In this document: positions 61,826 through 64,000 of the stretch, one piece after another | Position numbering within the stretch: position 1 is the first letter of the stretch | Layout: every line of letters begins with the position of its first letter | Assembly: GCF_004010195.1 (NCBI RefSeq) | Contig: NC_057719.1 | Location: 80,823,436-80,887,435, forward strand | Source of the DNA: Chiloscyllium plagiosum | Lineage: Eukaryota | DNA: 64,000 nucleotides | Direction: 5' to 3' | The notes under the pieces: model-generated | What the model saw: only the letters and a program-made list of their open reading frames with translations | The model's database searches: none | What the model was told of the DNA's origin: nothing | Position numbers and translations under genes: made by a program

Positions 61826-62699
61826 ATATTAAAATACAGAAAAGAAACCAAAGTCAAGTCATCATAGTCTTACCAGACTACAAGCTGCTCTCTCATTTGA
61901 AAGACACATGACCGATGGTAATTTAACCTGAGGGCGACCATACCTCAGGCAAGGGGAGAGGTTGAGAAGGAGAGTCCTTTAATGGTAACCTCAGCCAGTG
62001 ATGGGAATACACGCTGTTGCTTCACAAACCAATCATCCAGCCAAATGAGCTAAACCAACCCCCTAAAAATAAATCAAAACATAGAACACAAAGGCAGAAA
62101 AATACAAAAAAAAAGAGAGAAAGAAAAAATATGTTCTGTGTTGTTAAATGCTCCACCAAGGGCCTAATGGCCAGGCACAAGTCCCCTTCTCTGCACTGCC
62201 ACCGCTGGAACAAGGATGACCACTCTTCAGCTCCATTTTCACTGGACCCAGACAATGCAATTGCTACCGACGCCGTCCCAAGCCCAAACTTGACTCCGCT
62301 GCCACCACGAGCCCACTTCGGGCCTACCTCATCCATGTGGCTATGGCCAAGGCCTGAATTTGCATCCACCTCCACGAAATCAGCACTGGACACAACAACT
62401 GCTGCTGGGAACCCAAACTCGCCTCTGCCGCAGCAGGTACGAGTTGGCTCTAGGACCGCCTCGTCGCTGCTGAAGCACTGGGCTCATTTTGAGTCCAGTA
62501 ATACTACAAATGAGATAAATCACCACTGCCCTCAGCTGCACTAAACATTAACCATTGGCGCAATGTGGGAGCTACTAGGTTAGGCTGGAGCGGGACTTGA
62601 AGGCGTAAACTTCCGACACAGAAACAAAAAACAGAGCCAAGCTGGCACTGACCTTGTCAAGAGTACATGCTCTTGATCGAGTGAGGTCACCCACTGTAC

Positions 62700-63310
62700 T
62701 TGTCACCACCAACTTACATCATCCTCAAGTCTGCGAAAGCCTCTGTTTTCACATTTTCATCTCGTGTTCAAATCCCTCCCTACTGTCACGTCTCATTATT
62801 TCTGCCAGCTCTACGACCCTTTGACTAACCTGCACTCCTTCAATACTGGCCTCTTGTTCATCCCTCTACATTCCAACATTTTCTGCCATTATTTCCATGT
62901 CTAGTCATACAGCTCTGAACTTGCCTCGTTAAATCTCTCTGCATCTTTTCCTTTCTCTCTCCTTTGGGACTCTTGGTTTTGATGAAGCATATGATTGCCT
63001 GGCCTTTTATTTTGGCTGTTATTCTCCTGTGAAATACTTTGGAGTGTTTTATGACATTAAAGATGCTATATAAAATAAGAAATTGAGGCAGGAGTAGGCC
63101 ATACAGCTCCTCATGTTTGCCCTGCCATTCAATAGGATTGTGCCTGATCTCTGACCTCAATCCCAGCTTCCCCCCTGTCCCCCAACACCATGACCATAGA
63201 TTTTCATTCCTTAGGGAAATCAGTCTCAGCCTTGAAAATACTCCGTGAATGAGCACCTGTTCTGTATTGTTCGGAGACAGAAAATGACAAAGATTGACCA
63301 CCCCCCCTGA
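62700..63310. mobile_element. Old L2 3' end (+, to about 63076) abutting an old CR1 3' end (-)
   Basis: 'acattaaagatgctatataaa' L2-like terminus; 'gcaggagtaggccat...gccattcaatagg' is the reverse of the CR1 tail at 27470-27530. Confidence 0.55.
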
Positions 63311-63829
63311 GTAAAATGCAAGTGGTTGCTGTTGCAGTTATAATACTATTATGTTGTATTGCATCTCTACTAATTCAAGGGGCTCCTCTTAAATCTATAA
63401 GGTTGTTGAAGAGGTGAGGAGACTCCAAGAGGTAACTAGCAAATTTGCATTAAGTTGAAGTCAACAATGGGAGATTAAAATGAAATGCAATGCATTTCCT
63501 GACGTAAGTTAATCAAAATTCAATGAATAATATCAGCACATAGCCAACAGTCTACTTTTATAACATTCAGTAGAAGCGAAAATGCAGAACAACTGTCTGT
63601 TTACTGTTCTCCAGCTTCATCGCCCCCTGGAGAGATCAGAAGAACCTTCTGGAACTTGCAGGTCATAACAACTAATAATGATCCCCATTCTTTGCTCTCT
63701 AGTCCTGTTTAAAATGCACTACCCAATTCATAGATCCATTTATCATTTTAAAAACTGCCATCTTTTTCCAAATAAATTTTCTCAAAGGAGGCAGCCAGTG
63801 TCAACATCAAGCACTCCTTGCCACGACAC

Positions 63830-63930
63830 AAAGTAAATCTCTGTCTGTACTGTTCCATCAAACACTCCCAAGGCAGACGCAGTATGGGTTAGACACAGAG
63901 GAAAGCTCCCTTAGCATCTCATCAAACACA
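63830..63930 (-). repeat. Second locus of the ~69-bp repeat
   Basis: ccatcaaacactccca...gggttagacacagaggaaagctccc is the reverse complement of the 13012-13690 unit. Confidence 0.7.
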
Positions 63931-64000
63931 TAACAGCAGAGTAGACACATGTCATATTGAGTTCTGAGCACCAACCACTGGTCATTAAACAAGTTATAAA

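Noticed and set aside
4075..61911. Recurrent ORFs such as 'HPEETHADTGRMCKLHT' and 'AQWLALLPHS'
   Set aside because: They are chance frames through HE1 SINEs, not a protein family.
62017..62544. 175-aa ORF
   Set aside because: It has a non-ATG start, is low in complexity, crosses A-rich tracts and has no recognisable domain. It is probably repeat-derived.

Overview
Repeat-dense eukaryotic DNA with no recognisable host exon, so it is intronic or intergenic. The repeat content (HE1 V-SINEs, HER1/CR1 LINEs, Deu-type SINE remnants) points to a cartilaginous fish, probably a carpet or bamboo shark; this is an inference. The recognisable ORFs in the supplied track are decayed retroelement pieces or chance frames across SINEs. 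Contents: about 17 HE1 SINEs; many CR1 fragments, including an open ORF2 endonuclease start that runs off the left edge; Rex1, L2 and Tx1 remnants; a probable solo LTR; a ~69-bp minisatellite; two assembly gaps. The main signal is about 20 Penelope-like element (PLE) terminal-repeat pieces from at least 5 families. They carry minimal type I hammerhead ribozyme motifs (CUGANGA+N, stem II, GAAA, palindromic ACGU or AGCU, cleavage triplet). Several motifs are intact and their stems covary between families. Many pieces are short fold-back palindromes flanked by 10-15 bp target-site duplications (TSDs), and their symmetry axis or truncation point often lies at the ribozyme. Hammerheads in PLEs are known in general. 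The two-palindrome pairing 'code', the pivoting at the ribozyme and the arm homogenisation are my inferences and need testing. Unique stretches carry several RFX X-box-like motifs. Boundaries of old repeats are approximate (tens of bp).
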